Origin: Rhina ancylostomus
Taxonomy: Eukaryota
Reading direction: 5' to 3'
Assembly (NCBI GenBank): GCA_030265395.1
Contig: JARFYF010000118.1
Coordinates: 25,876,630 to 25,940,629, forward strand
Length of the DNA: 64,000 bases
Part shown: piece after piece, positions 11,677 to 25,947 of the stretch
How positions within the stretch are numbered: the first letter of the stretch is position 1
Layout: the number at the start of each line of letters is the position of its first letter
The notes under the pieces: model-generated
The model's database searches: none
What the model was told of the DNA's origin: nothing
What the model saw: the letters and a program-made list of their open reading frames with translations, nothing else
Made by a program: the position numbers and the translations under genes

Positions 11677-14600
11677 GATTAGAACTGACTCGTTCTGTGA
11701 CCGTTATAATATAGGTTACAGCAATGGCCACAATTTTATCAGCCAGTGGTGCACTGTGGTAGAAAGTTAAACTAAAGCTCTTCAGATACTGCTACCAGGG
11801 TCAATATACTCTGCACTGCACTAATCATTTATAACACACCCTGTAATTGTGAAAGTTTGTATTAGTTTGTATTCGCCTTTAATCTTGTTTCATTTTTTTT
11901 TAATTACTCTGGATGTTATAATCCACACAAACACATGCTGCAGTACTTATTGATAGAATTTCTTATTTTACTGGCTGTTTTTTCCCAGCTCCAAATTTCT
12001 ATGCTTCTCTCATTTGAAGCACTCATGCGAATGGTTACACATGCATACACACAAAGACACACAAACTGGCACATACATCTGCCAGTTGGATTCACTGGAT
12101 AGCAATCAGGAGCAGACATACCTTCTGATCTTTCCCACCCTTGTATCACCCCATCCTCTAGCTAAAGTGTACTTAGATGATATCAGTTTCCTCTTGGACG
12201 ATATCAGCTTACTCAGCCTGGGAACTCTCTGGCCTGGATGCCACAGTGCACATACCCACTAAGCCACCTAAGGAATTTTTAGATCCCCGCCACACTGTGA
12301 TCAATAGGGAATAATACTAGGGTGTGTTATAAGTGGGGCATATAGCACATTAATACGTCACATAACCAAAACAAGGAAAACATTTTTCATAATTCTGTAC
12401 AATATGAGGTTATTCACCATGGCTGCATGCATATCAAACATTCCACCATCATTTCTACCCTCAATGAAAGTAGCCCTTTGACTGGTTCTTAGATCACAAT
12501 CTTAGCTTAAACCAGTCTCAGAGTTTTCCAGCCTTATCTCGCTGAATTATTGTGACCTAAGTGCTTTCTATGAAGTCATTTAAAGTATTTGCTGACATAA
12601 GGACCCAACTGGAATATGTCCTGGAACTCATGGTGCAAGAAGTCTTGTTGCAGTCCAAAAAAGTAATAAATCCATGTTCTTGTCAACATGAGTTGATGTT
12701 CCTTGATATTCTTAGGGATATTGTGTCTCAATGACACCAATCTTATCACAGTACACAGTTAGTGTATTATGGCACTTTATGCTGAATGGATCAGTCCTGT
12801 AGCCAAGTCAGCTTCAATATCTCATCATTATATTTCTTATTGACTGCTGAATAAAAGTTGGTCACTTTTAATTGGAAACCACACATCTGATCATTCACCA
12901 TTGAAGCTACATTCCAATTAGATCCAAGCTGCCTAAAATGGATCACATAACCGTTTAAAATGTTGATGCAATATTGATATTCTACCACTAGGTGTAACCA
13001 GCATTTTTAATCAATACTATTTACAAGGTATGCCAGTGACATCTAGGAGCAGGAAGCAAATCACTGCATCTTATTTGCAGCAATACAATCTTAGTTTCAG
13101 AAGCTGCAGCATGATGGTCTCTGAACATTCTACTGATCTTAGGTATGCTCCTGTTTTTGCAGTCTTCTTACTTCTTTTAAGAACGTTACCCTAAAGAGGG
13201 TAGAATTGTTTGAATTCAGCCTGTAGAAACGAGGGGTGTCAGGGTTAAATAGTAGTTTGTGAGCATGCTCGGTGATACGTCAAATTGTTATAACAGAGTG
13301 AGGAATATGCAATTATTGCCAATCCTTACAGATCTCCAGGCAGTTAAATCCACTTAAGTACAATATGTTAGTGTCAAAGACCAGTCTTTACATTAACGTG
13401 TTCTGCCATGTCTTTTTAAGTATCTGCCATTCTTCGACCTGTAGAGCCAGAGTCTTGGGAACACATTCACATCCTTTCTGCTTTCAGTGAAAGTAGGCAG
13501 CACTCTACAGTTGGCTTTGCACAGAATCTCATAAGAGTTCCCTAGCTTTATTGTCCAGTGCTTTCTCCCTCATGTATAATTAGCCTGCTACTGTCATAGA
13601 GTGAGAATAGCAGATATTGCTCTGATTATATGATGCCTGGTAACTGGAGCATTCTAAGACTTCAACTGCAATTACATCTTCAATTTGGTGTTGGTGAAGG
13701 TCTCATTGGGATGGACTAGTCTGTTTCCTGGCAGACTTCAAGTGATTGAATGAAAGCAATGGGCCACATCTCTTGTCTGCTCTATATCACGTATTTTCTA
13801 TGTATGATTCCTGCTTGTCAAATTTCTCAGCTTGCAGAGAACCACGATCTATTGGTTAACATTCATATAGGCCTTATAGGCCTTGCTTTGTTACGAATAC
13901 CACAAGGTAATGAGATCATTGAGTGTTTGAATCGTGGAAACTCAAAAACATGCTCTGAGCGAACATAACTATCCAAGGTTCACATTTTATAGCCATTTAT
14001 ATGAGCCGTTTCATGACAGTTGGGGCTAATTTGAGGATAGTCCCAGCCCCACTATAAACAGGATATTAATATCTATAGACAAAGACACTGATGCACATCT
14101 TCCAGGAACCCAGCACTTAATAGCCATCAGACCGAAGAATCTACCTGATGTCACCGCTGGATTCAAATGTAGGTCCCAGGAATGAAAGGACCACAAGAAG
14201 TTATCACTCTTCTTGGAACTTTTTACATGTACAAAAGCTTCTCTGGTTCCTCATTGTAGTTGGATCATGGGGAACCAACCCAAGCCCTACAGAATACATG
14301 AACCAAGTGACCCCACAGAAAAGGCCCATTGAGGTTAAGGAAAGCTTTGCCAAGATCTTGGCAAGATCTCTAAGTAAACTATGGAATGTCTCATGGATTT
14401 GGATTCTCATCAACTTCTACTCCTCCTCTGCCCCTACTCCCACACCACCACTAGCAATACCACCCCACCCCACCATTCCCCTCCCTGGAAGGCATGTTCC
14501 TTGCAGGAGGGCAGTACTCTGGGAACCAGTCATCCATTGTCAGATTACTAAACAGGACTCATGAAAACAGCAGGTTGCGAGGCTATTTAATCACTGGGGG

Positions 14601-15809
14601 TAGATAAGAGTAGTGTTGGGGTGGTGAAGCTATAAGCAACATTGCAACTTAAACCCAAAAACTTTCCTTTTACACTCATGCACTTCCAACAAGTGTTACA
14701 GCGCAATAACTAGGAAAGAAAGGTACTGTTAGTTTCCTCTCTGTAATCTCGAATCTTGCTATTACTTGTCCAGTTCATAAGGGTCAGCACTAGCAATCAA
14801 GTCTGTGGCCTTCCTGGATTGTCTGTCTGAACTACACAAATAATAAGTCTATTCAGCCACTACATTTTATTGGTGATCCCACAAAGCTTTTTGCCTCATA
14901 TCCTTGGAGCTGGAGCTTCTATTGGCAATTAGTCTTAAGGAGTCAGACCTCTCCGGACACAAGAGTCTTTTCCCTATCCCTCAATGTGGGGTAGTGAAAC
15001 CAAGTGAAGAATCCCTGGCTTCATCCCAATGGAGATCAAAGAGTTCAGTACAGGGAGGAAATCAAACCCAGTCTATGTGGCTTACTGCTAAAGTACAGGG
15101 AGCATTACATCATTCCATGAAAAAATAAGGAACACCATTAATATGTTGCTGCCCTTAATGATGCCAATTGGTCTGAATTCCCACTGAATGTTTACTATTT
15201 GACTTATGGGCACTTTCTTGGCAACCTTTCATCCAATGAGCTTTGGTTATTTATTGTATAATGGTCTTTCTTCATTCTTCTCCTCTTGAGCCCTGGTGGA
15301 ACCATTGGGCTTTGCTACCTCTGCTCATCCTGTCCAATACTTGCAAGACATCTTTAAAACTCATTAATTAACTAAATGAGCACCAAGTGGCATGCTTTGC
15401 CCCTTCAAACTGTTGGGCTGAACAAACCCAGTAGTAATTAATTAAAACTAATTTTCTCAAGTTCTTAACCACCTCATCTGTGAAGCCCTTGTTGTCATGC
15501 TCAATTGTTGTTGAGATGCACTACCTTTACAGAGATTCATCATATCCACGATGATGCAAATAAAGTAGTTTTCTTAGAACCCACCCTTCCACCATTCAAT
15601 GTCTGTCTACCATCTTTGTGTTGTCTGACTTCAGATTTTAGCTGTTTGAATGCAAAAGATCTGCAGTTTATACATTTGTTGTATTTAGAAACCTTAACTT
15701 TCTCTGTACTACTTTTAGGAACATTGGGATTTGTTGCATTGTTTCTTCAGGAAGATCCATTGTGCTCTTCACCCTGGTTTTCCACAGTTTGGTTTTCCTT
15801 TGGAAACCA

Positions 15810-16398
15810 TTAGTCTTTGCAGGTGTATATCTCTTCTCTTTGAGTACATTGTTTACACTCCACATAACAGCACCAGCGCACTTGGCACTGGCAGGGTCGT
15901 GTCACCACTCGGCTCTGGGTATTGTGCCCTCGACCACAGCAGATGCTCTCACAATTTTTGTCCTTATAGCATTTTCGCGTTGCAGTACCTGGCGAGTACT
16001 TGCTTGGCCGGCAGAAGCTTGGCGAGTCATCAATATAGACTAAGTCAGTAGTCCTTGGGATCTGGTTTTGCTGGTGGTAAGTAGCTGCAATGGCTTTCTT
16101 CGGCGGTGTAATTTCCCCTTCACCAGTCGCTTCATTGGTTGTGCTGCCCACCTTGAGTGATGTCTCATATTTCAGTTTGAGTAACTTGCCAATCTCATGG
16201 AAAGGGGCCAGTTGTCTCCAGCAAGTCCGAACGGTGCAGGAACCAGAAACACCATGGCATTTGCAGGTGGTCTCCACACCAGATTTGATANNNNNNNNNN
16301 NNNNNNNNNNNNNNNNNNNNNNNNNNNNNNNNNNNNNNNNNNNNNNNNNNNNNNNNNNNNNNNNNNNNNNNNNNNNNNNNNNNNNNNNNNTTGATAAC
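15810..16398 (-). CDS. wnt9a: Wnt-9a terminal coding exon 4 (483 coding nt once the false N gap is closed; stop TAA at 15812-15810)
   Basis: [36 protein letters not shown]...[43 protein letters not shown]. Contains the Wnt CKCHGxSGSC motif (palmitoleoylated Ser) and the C-terminal Cys-rich finger. Acceptor tcttttctacag ends at 16399. The hexamer ttgata sits on both sides of the gap. Confidence 0.97.
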
Positions 16399-16887
16399 CT
16401 GTAGAAAAGACAAGAACACAGATCCAGGTCAACATAGAGAGTTGTTTAGAGTAGATCAGCAGTGAAGCCCACATTAGAAATAGGTTAGTAATCATACATT
16501 TTCTTGTCCCATTGTACTAAACTTGACCCTGTTCTGCTCTTATTCTATTGATCCCAGCATCCCTGTTTTTTTCTCACTGCCTAGGAAAATTTGATGTTAT
16601 GTTCAATTCACTTTCTTTGATTGATTCTGTTTCCACCACTCTTTCAGGTAGTGCATACCCATTCACAACAGCTATGTGAAGAATTTTCTCCTTATCTCCC
16701 TATTGGTTCTTTTGCCAAGTATGTTAAATTTGTGTCTCTACTTTTAACAGGCCCTCCTGCAATGGAAACGATTACCCTCCATGTGCTTTAACAAACATAC
16801 AGAAGTGTTTCTTTTATTAAACAATCCTCTGGTCTAAAAAGGACAATCCTACCTTCCCGATTTTCTCCACATAAATGAAATTATTCA

Positions 16888-17425
16888 TAGAACACTGAAC
16901 ATTAAATAGAACAGTCTCTTCAGCCCCAAAGCTCTGTGCAGACCACGATGCCAAACCAAATGAATCCTATCTGACTGCACATGGTCTATCTCCCTTCATT
17001 CCCTGCCTGTTCATATCTCTGTCTAAATGCTGCTTAAATGTTGCTACCTTCCACCACTTCCCCTGGCAGCACAGTCCAGGCACCTACCATCCTCTCCGTA
17101 AAAAAACTTGCTTTGTCAGTCTCCTTTAAACTTTCCTCCTCTCACCTTAAATATAAGCCTCTAATATTTGACATTTCCACTCTGGGAAAAAGACTCTGAC
17201 CATCTACTCTATCTATGGTTCTCATAGTTTTATAAATTTCTATCAGTTCATTTTCTCAGCCTCTGGCTCTTCAGAGAAAACAGTCCAAGTTTATCTAACC
17301 TCTCCTTATAGCTAATACTCTAATCTAGGCTATATCCCAGAGAACCTCTTCTGCATCCTCTCCAAAGCCCCCACATCCCTCCTGAGATGCAGTGACCAGA
17401 AATGCACACAATACTCCATATGTGG
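16888..17425 (-). mobile_element. CR1-type LINE 3' fragment
   Basis: Reverse complement of the CR1 RT C-terminus and 3'UTR (tccaccacttcccctggcagcacagtccaggcacc, tccttatagctaatactctaatctagg). Confidence 0.85.
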
Positions 17426-19334
17426 CCTTATCATCTCTGATAATATTCTAGCAGAACTGCTCTGGACAATCTGTACATATTTACTAGAGTGTGGTCCTCA
17501 GCAACAGCTATAAAATTCCAGCTGAGGCCTAAAAAATAAATTATAAATCTTTAACATAGCTTCCTTGGAGAGGCTCGTCTGAAACAATCTTTTCACATCC
17601 AAATAGGCATGTCAATAATTTCTACAGGACAAGATATGGCAAACCTTTCAGGGCTTCTACCAGTTTTTTGAGATTCTATCTCATTTTGTGCTCCATGGTG
17701 AAAGATTTTAGCACCAGTAAATGAAATTTTGTCAGCCTCAAGTGTAGAACAGTTAAATGAAGGCAAAACTTTCTCTACTCTGCCCTAAAAAGAAAACCTC
17801 ATAGTTGAATATTTGAGTCTTTTATAGCCTCCAGGCATACCAAAGTTCCACAACCAATGAAGTATTTGCTGATATGACATCACCTCTGTGAAGTAAGAAA
17901 GGAAGCACCCAAATTGTGCACAATAATGTCCCGCAGCAATGGTAAAACAGTAGTAATTGAATGACTAAGGTTGATCAAGTCACCAGAAGAATTAATCACA
18001 GTAATTCTTGGCAAACAAGAAAGCCATTCAGATCAACTTGTCCTTACCAGCAAGAAGGACAGATTGAAACTAATTCCACTTCTCAGGTCACAAAGTCAGT
18101 CAAAGTCGAGTTTATTATCATATGCACAAGTACATATATGCACAGGTGCAAAGAAAAACTTACTTGCAGCAGCATAGCGGGCACATAGCCTCACATATGC
18201 AACATTCACAAGAAAAACATAACTTATATACAATTTTTACAAGAACACAATTAGAACAAAGAAAAGGTTCATTGTAGTACAAATGGTCATAGTGTTACTA
18301 TACTGAGGTAGTGATTAGGTCCATAGCAGTTCCATAGATTCAGATACTTTTNNNATGTAATGAGGATTTCTGCCTTTATTGTCCTATCAGGCAGTGAGTT
18401 TTGGCCCTCCACCAATCTTGAGGTGAAAAAGGTTCTGCAGTTCCAATCTAATCCTTCTCTTAATAAACTTAAAATCAATGCCCTCTGAGTTATTGAGTTT
18501 GTTATTAAGTATTTCCTATTTACTCTTCATAGGACTTTCATAATTTTAACACTTCAATTAAATCTTCCCTCAGCTTCCTCTGTTCACAAGAAAGCCACCC
18601 CAACCTATTCAAACGCCGTTCAGAATTAAACCTCCAGTCCTGACATCATTGTAAACATCTTCCAAATTTTCCTTTATGCTAGCACTTTCTTCCTGCCATT
18701 TGATATCAAAAGATTATCCACTACTCTGCTATTTTATGATTGGTGCTATGAGGTATATTATGTTCAAATGGAAGTCTTGCCTGCACACTACCTAAAAGGA
18801 TTAAGGTTGTTTTGATGATATCTTGTCTGGACAAACTGATCTCAGAGATGGAGAAGCAATGTCAATCCAATTCACTTTGACCAAGAGGGAAAGAAAAACC
18901 TGGGATCTTCTTGGTTCAGGCAAGATAGCAACTTTTGGAAACATAACAAATCTGCTTGGCTCAGCAAGTGCAATATTCTTGCACTGATCTCAGTCTCACT
19001 TTCTCACTGCAAATCCTTGTTCTCTCTAATAACACAACTGTGTGCCACTCAGTTTCCTTCTTCAGTGGCTTCTCACTGTAATTATTGGNNNNNNNNNNNN
19101 NNNNNNNNNNNNNNNNNNNNNNNNNNNNNNNNNNNNNNNNNNNNNNNNNNNNNNNNNNNNNNNNNNNNNNNNNNNNNNNNNNNNNNNNAGTATCCTGACT
19201 CCAGTCTTGTATCAGTGTGCTGCATTTGGGTTCTCTGAGTTTGCTCTGGATCAACATTGTGACAGTGTCAGAGTTCTAACATTGCTTGGAAAGCCTGTTA
19301 TTTATTTGTGTCCCTTAATATTTAAACCTAAGAG

Positions 19335-19570
19335 TCATAGAGTAATACGGCATGGACACAGGCCCTTCAGCCCAATTGGTCCATCCCAATCAAGGTGCCC
19401 ATCCAAACTAGTCCCATTTGCCTGTATTTGGGCCACAACCTTCTAAACCTTTCCTATCCATGTACCTGTCCAATTGTTGTTTAAATATTATTATTGTACC
19501 TACTTCAACCACTTCCTCTGGCAGCTCATTCCATACAGATACCACCCTATGAGTAAAACAGTTGCCCCTC
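19335..19570 (-). mobile_element. CR1-type LINE 3' tail fragment
   Basis: agagtcatagagtaatacggcatggacacaggcccttcagccc...ttcaaccacttcctctggcagctcattccatac. Confidence 0.8.
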
Positions 19571-20749
19571 AAGTTTGTATACCTTTACACAAATATTTCA
19601 GTATAAAAAATGAAATAAATGTCACCATACATTCCAGATTACCCATTGATCAGTCATGAAGCTGGTGGTGTGCTTTCCTTTGAACCACTGCACTTCATGT
19701 GTCCAGAGAGCTGTTAGCTTCTGACATAGTAACATTAAAGGAGTGTTCAGATCCAATGTTACCCTCAGAAAGGAACTCAGATAATAGTGTTCTCATTCTC
19801 TTACTGCCCATGTCCTTCAAGATGATAGACGTTAGAGGTCCGGAAGGTGCTGCTCAAGGAGTCCTGGAGCTTTGGCCATATATTTGACTGCTAGTACTGC
19901 AGTCATATGGGAGGCAGTGGATACTTAAGCCTGAAATGGAGCTCTTGTCACCCAGTTTCAATGTGGCAGCTCGTTAGCACTTTCCGAGAGAGAGAGAGAG
20001 AATATGTGTAGCTTTGCAAACATCACCCATGTCCCAAAGGCAAATTAATAATTTCAATAGGTTGATGTGGGGTCCATGGATCTGTCAGAAGTGCAAATGG
20101 AGAAACCTGTTGCTAGCAAGCAAAGAGTTCCATGCAGGGACTTATTTATATTAAGTGTAATCTTTTCTTTTAGAGCAATGTGAAATATGAAATATAAACT
20201 ATTAAAGCCAACTACGCAAGCAAAAGTGAAAGCTGGCATTGCTGGCATAAACTCAGTATCAATTCCACCTGTAACTCCTTTGCAACTTCCATTGGTTTGT
20301 AACCTTGAAAGAGTTAATGTTTATGCCTGAACACTCAGTTTTATTTGCTGTCAAACTTACATTACTTCCCCCCTACCCCCTTGCTCCCAATGGACTGCTC
20401 CACTGGTGATGTCATGAGTTGAATCTCTGCCATGCTCTGTGCATTATCTGTTAACCCCATGACATCATCTGGTGGAAAAGTCTGCCTGAAAAACAGGGGA
20501 ATAGCATTTGGCATCACTATTTAAGGTGTGATATTTAGAAGGCTTAATTAACTAAAAGATATTCTCCCTCCAATTTTGCCCATCGTATTTTCCTTAGGCT
20601 ATCAGAAACATGGGAATAAGATACTCAGCTCTAAGGCTGCATCAACACGTCCTGGATTCCTCCACTGGAAGAGTTTCCCTGTACAGATGCTATAGAATCC
20701 CTTTATCACTTAAATTCATTGATTGGGTAACTCTTCAGTTAGGAGGGGA

Positions 20750-21272
20750 GATTGAATCGGCTGGGTTTGTTTCCCTGGAGCAAAGGAGGCTGAGGGGTGA
20801 CCTGACAGAGGTATATAACATTATAAGAGGCATAGAGAGGGGATATGTTCAGAATCCTTTTCACATGGTGAGGGTATCAAAAAAACAAGGGGGCATTGGT
20901 TTAAGGTGAGAGGAAGAGGTTTTCACTTCCCACAGATGAAGCCAAAATCTGCTGAGTATTTCCAGCATTTTCTGCTTTTATTTTAGAGTTCCAGCATCTG
21001 CTATCTTTTTGATTTTAACTTGAGTTTTAAAGGGGATTTGAGAGGAAAGATTTTTCTACTAACACAGAAGGTGGTTGCTTTATGGGACTCGCTGCCAGAG
21101 GAGGTGATGGAGCCAGATATAATCACTACGTTTAAGAGACATTTCACAGGCACAAAGCATTGAAGGATCCAGACTTAAAGTGGGCAAATGGGATTAGTAT
21201 AGCTGGGCATAAAGGTCTGCATGGAAGTGGTGGGCCGAAGACCCCATTTCTGTGCTATACAACTTTATGACT
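20750..21272 (+). mobile_element. CR1 3' fragment interrupted by a Penelope-derived insert (~20922-21020)
   Basis: SLEQRRLRGDLTEVYNIIRG coding remnant. CR1 sequence resumes at gagttttaaaggggatttgagagg after the insert. Confidence 0.8.
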
Positions 21273-22899
21273 CTGTGACACAACTTCTAGTCCACCACAG
21301 TTAGGAAAATATTTTGATTTATTTTGCTCACATTCAAAGTTCATGACCTCATACTTCCCATGTTGAACTCCACCAGCCTGAGTGTTGCCTGCACCTGAAG
21401 ATTTATGTCTGTTTATACCTCCCTGCTTCCAAACACAGAAAACCTTAGGATTGGATTTGGACTCACAATGTCTGTGTATTATTCCAAGACTACAACCACA
21501 AAAGATTCTTTGCACTGTCCCATTGAGCACTCCCTGATCAAGTACAGCATAGCTAGAGGTAGGATCTTTTTCTCTGTCAAAATTAGGACATCAGAGATCA
21601 GAAATAACTTCCCACCTCTGTCTGTACCGTCAACTGTGCCTTCGATAAGTTCTCATCACACCTCTGTACACATCAATTATTAAATAGGTCAGGAAAAAGC
21701 AGAGGCTATTTTGTTTTCAGCAAAATACAACATATAGCAGTGGGATGAATAGGCAGTTAAGCTGCTTTTGCTGTTTTAGGTATAATAGATGGCCAGGTTA
21801 ACAAAAGTACTCCATGATCGACTGTGGAAAAGGTCCCAGTAGTCTCAACATTCACTTCATCCACTGGAATAGGCCTTGGTTTAATTTCTCAGTAAAAGGA
21901 CTGAGGTTCCAGCATTATTATATTACTGCACCATCAGCTATCTATCAATACCACTGGGAAGACATCCATAGCAGTCAACTGAGAGGAATAGAACTCCATT
22001 GGTCCATACTCCTCTTTCTCGCACTCTCTGGAAACACCGGTACTTCATTTGGCATTGCATCACCAGGAAGTCAGATGGGAATCTGATTGTGTGGGTGTAA
22101 GCCTGCTGCCAGCATAGCATGCACTGCTACTCCAATAAACAGCACTGTGTTACTGAGACACTGAAGATTTTGCAGAGGAAATGATCACTCATCAATCAGG
22201 GACTGACTTTGACAAGAGCATAAAAGGAAATTAATGGGAAGGAATCTATTTATTTTTAATTTATTCTGGGTATGTGGGCATTGCTGGCAAGGTCAGCATT
22301 TTTTAGTCATTCCCAATTCCTTGACAGAATGGCTTGCTAAGCTACTTCAAAAAAAATATTAGAATCAATCATACTAATTTTAAGAATCTAGAGTTATTCA
22401 TGGGCCCGTTGGCATAAGAACAGCAGACCGACCTCCCAAACTGACAATAGTAAACTAATTGAGATTTTACAAAACTGGCACAATTTCACAAGTAATTTTT
22501 ACTGATTCATGCTCTTCCAGGCTTTTTCCAAATTCTCAAATTCTTAAACTGCCTTGGTGTTATTATAAATCTATATTATTTTGGATTCTTAGTCCAGGCA
22601 CCCAGGTCATTACTGCTATTAAATTCTCAATCCTATTTGTAACTTATTTAAAAAAGAAAAGTAAATTTTTCCCTTTATTAGACAACCTATGTTGGTCTGA
22701 AATGGCATTGAGTTGATAATTGGACTTTTACAACCTACAGGCAACAAACTATTGTGCATTTATTTATTATATTTGGAACTAAAAAATTACTCTTGAACCT
22801 TATTCCAAATTCTTTCTGTTTTTCTATTGCATACTTTTAATTCACAGCACTCAACATTTACCCAAAGTAATTGAAGTTGAAGATGCAATAGTCTAAGAT

Positions 22900-23035
22900 C
22901 ACAGTCTAAACTCAGCCCAGCCTGTTGAGATAAAAGAGGTCTTTGTATTGTTCACTGTGAAATGAATTGAGCAATGTAAATCCACTTCCCAGAAGGCAAG
23001 TGTCCATAACACAAAACCAATTTGGGAGTGACTGT
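22900..23035 (+). mobile_element. Second LF-SINE-like fragment
   Basis: ctcagcccagcc...tgtgaaatgaattgag...tccacttcccagaaggcaagtgtccataacacaaaaccaatttgg. Confidence 0.55.
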
Positions 23036-25164
23036 CAGAAAGATCACAGCATAATTTGGGAAGGAAATAATGGCTAGGTGGGGTGGAAACAACATTTTAT
23101 CTTGGAGGAAAATGGAGTTCTCTTCTGAAGTCAAAGCTAAAATACGTCAGTCGAAAACATCACTCTCCATCTAATGTACCTGATCTGGGGAGCTAATGGC
23201 AGATATTGAGTGAATGAAATGAGTAGAGTTTCAACTCCAATACTAAATTGCTGAATTGCCCTGATGGCAGGTCAGTGGTTCCATAGAGAAATTGATCCCT
23301 GTCCTCCTAAATGTTTCTGAGACCTAGACTAGATACAGCAGGCACCTCAAGGCACCAATGTTATCTCTACAAAATCCTCCAAATTCACTGGAAGAAAAAG
23401 CAAACCAATGTCAATGCCTTCTCCCAAGCAACCTCCCTAGTACGAAGGGCATAATTACACCCAGTCAGCTCCACTGGACAGGCCATGTTGTCCATGTGCT
23501 TAGCAGGTCCCAAAGCAGATAGATGTCCTCCCCAGGTTACAGCAAGTATCCATTCCTGTGAACTGTTCATAACCTGAACTGTTCGCAAGTCAGAAATGCA
23601 GCCACGAACTGAGTTCCTCCATGGCAGAAGATACCTGCAACCCCACAGCAGCTAGTAAGTCCATCCTATTGGTCTTCCAAATATTCATACATATGTATAG
23701 GCTGGGGAGGGCCTGTACACTGTTCCAAGCTCTGGTAAAGGAAGAGATTACCAGGCAAACAGAGGAAAAATATCAAGAATATGCTTAAAACCTCCCTCAA
23801 AAAATTGCAACTGTTCCAGTTACTCCTGGGAATCCCTGGCCTACGACCACTCCAAGTGGAGAAGAACATTCAGAACAATACTGAAAATCTTAAGTCAATG
23901 CATTCAGAGCACACAGAAGCTCTGTGTAAACAGGAGAAGATGGGCATCATTTCATAAACCACCCATCCACATTGCAGGTCCACATTGACCGTATCCAAAT
24001 TGGTGGCAGTTTTATGTTGTGGGCACATAGCTTCAGGGAACTGGATTCACATTGCTGAATGCAGTACCCACAAAACTGAAGTAGAAGCAAGTCATATTCA
24101 GTCATGAAGGACTGTCTAAGAAGGGAAGTTTCCACCACTTGTGACCTGGTTAGTGCTCATAAACTGCTCTGTTATGCAGACGAACAGAGCAGTAGGGCCA
24201 GCTGTACAATGTGAGCCACATAACCACAAAGGTTAGTGTGACTGCAGGACTGAAGCATGGGGTAGCTGTGAGATGCAGCCTAAATCCAGTACAATCCAGC
24301 CCTATATTTCATATCCTGATGGGCTCCATAAATAAACATAAACAAAGAATCCTAATTTAGATGCACATTTTGGCCAATTATGGGAACAAGTATTTGAGGC
24401 GTACAGACCAAGAGGCCCAGATTGGTGGCTTGGTCTGTTCGGAGTTTGCAGTTGTCAACTGGGTGGTTGATGTATGCTGCAATTAAGCCCGGTGGCCCTC
24501 AATTAAATAAGTATGTCCTTAATCAATCTTAAAATGTCTCTGCACAGAAATGAGGATGTGTGTTTGGTTCATCAGTGAAACTCTCATGAATGAATGGATT
24601 GAACACTTGCTTTCTGGGATCATGCCTGAAGCATAGAATTCAGAGGAAATACAGAACATTAAACATGTTAAATCTTAACCCAGCAAGTTAACATGAGTTC
24701 CAAAAACAAAATAAATTAATAGGAACAGAATCAAGGAGTACTGAATAAGTTCTTACTGGGCATCTCACACTGGAGAACTTGCAGTCTAAACTTGAGAAAG
24801 CATTTGCAATACAGATTGCCATTAACTTAAATCCTAAATTAAGAATGATTTTCATTCTCATTGGGATTACTACTTTTTAAGCAGCTGCCTTTTCTTCTCT
24901 CAGGGACAGTGTACTCAGGAAGAGAAAAGAAATTTGTTTTTTTTTCCCATGAACAACTCATTGAGAGGAAGACTTCAACCTCAACGCACAAGAAGAAAAA
25001 ATTGAAGAGGTTCTCCTTAATTACCTCATCCTCACTCCAGACAAGCCACTGTTTCACAATGAGCTGGAACTCACTGAAAGTACTTCTGAGCATTCAAGCC
25101 AGAGCATCTGTGCTGCACACTACTGGTTTTTGCCAGTCATTGTGCATTTAAGATTTAATAAGTG

Positions 25165-25590
25165 TGAGGAGGAAACAAAACAGAAATGACAGACACAAAA
25201 AAAAATCATTCAGATTGATGAGAAACAGACTGAAAAAAACTAAGATTGAGATGAAGAAGAATAAAGAAAGAGAAACCATGCAGATGGATGGACAGATGGA
25301 GAGAAGCAGGTGAAGAGATGTGGTGGTGAAGAGAAACAGATGAAGAACTGACAGGAGAGGGAAAGCTGAAGAACAAGCAGATTTTGAGAGATAAATTGGA
25401 TATGAAGGGGAAAGAGAACAAGTGAGAAACAAAACAACTGCAGTTGGAATGAGGAAGAGGAAAGCAAAGCAAGAAAATGGATAAAATAAAAATTAAAGTG
25501 GGAATAAAAGAGCAGATAGAAAAGAGATTAAAATATCAGGTAAAAGTAAAGAAAATAATTGAAAGAGGGGCAGAAGAGAAAAGGAAGCAG
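25165..25590. repeat. Purine-rich low-complexity tract (similar tract at 58420-58690)
   Basis: Strongly A/G-biased plus strand, which generates spurious F/L/S-rich ORFs on the minus strand. Confidence 0.75.
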
Positions 25591-25947
25591 AGAATTCCAG
25601 CTGGCAGTTCCAACATTAAATTTCACTTCCTGATTATATACACCTGCCCAGCTTGTTTGAAAAACAATTATTTTCTCTTTAAGCAGCGAGCACGGATGAC
25701 TGGTAGAAGCCAGCTCTACCCGTCTGTGAGGATAGATCACCCCTGTGAGCTGGCTGATCATTTTCTGAGAGGATGGAAAATTGAGATACTTGAGGCGGGA
25801 TTCAAAAAAATAATGAAATTGCTCTGCACTTTCATCACCTCTGACTGATTCAGACACCTGCCTTTAAGTCAGACGGTCATGGGTTCAAGCCCCACTCCAG
25901 AGATTTAAACAAATAATCCAGGCTGACTCTTTCATGCCTTACTTGTG

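Noticed and set aside
25148-25472. Hydrophobic 'membrane protein' ORFs (also 58388-58825 and 59665-59973)
   Set aside because: Translations of pyrimidine-rich low-complexity strands.
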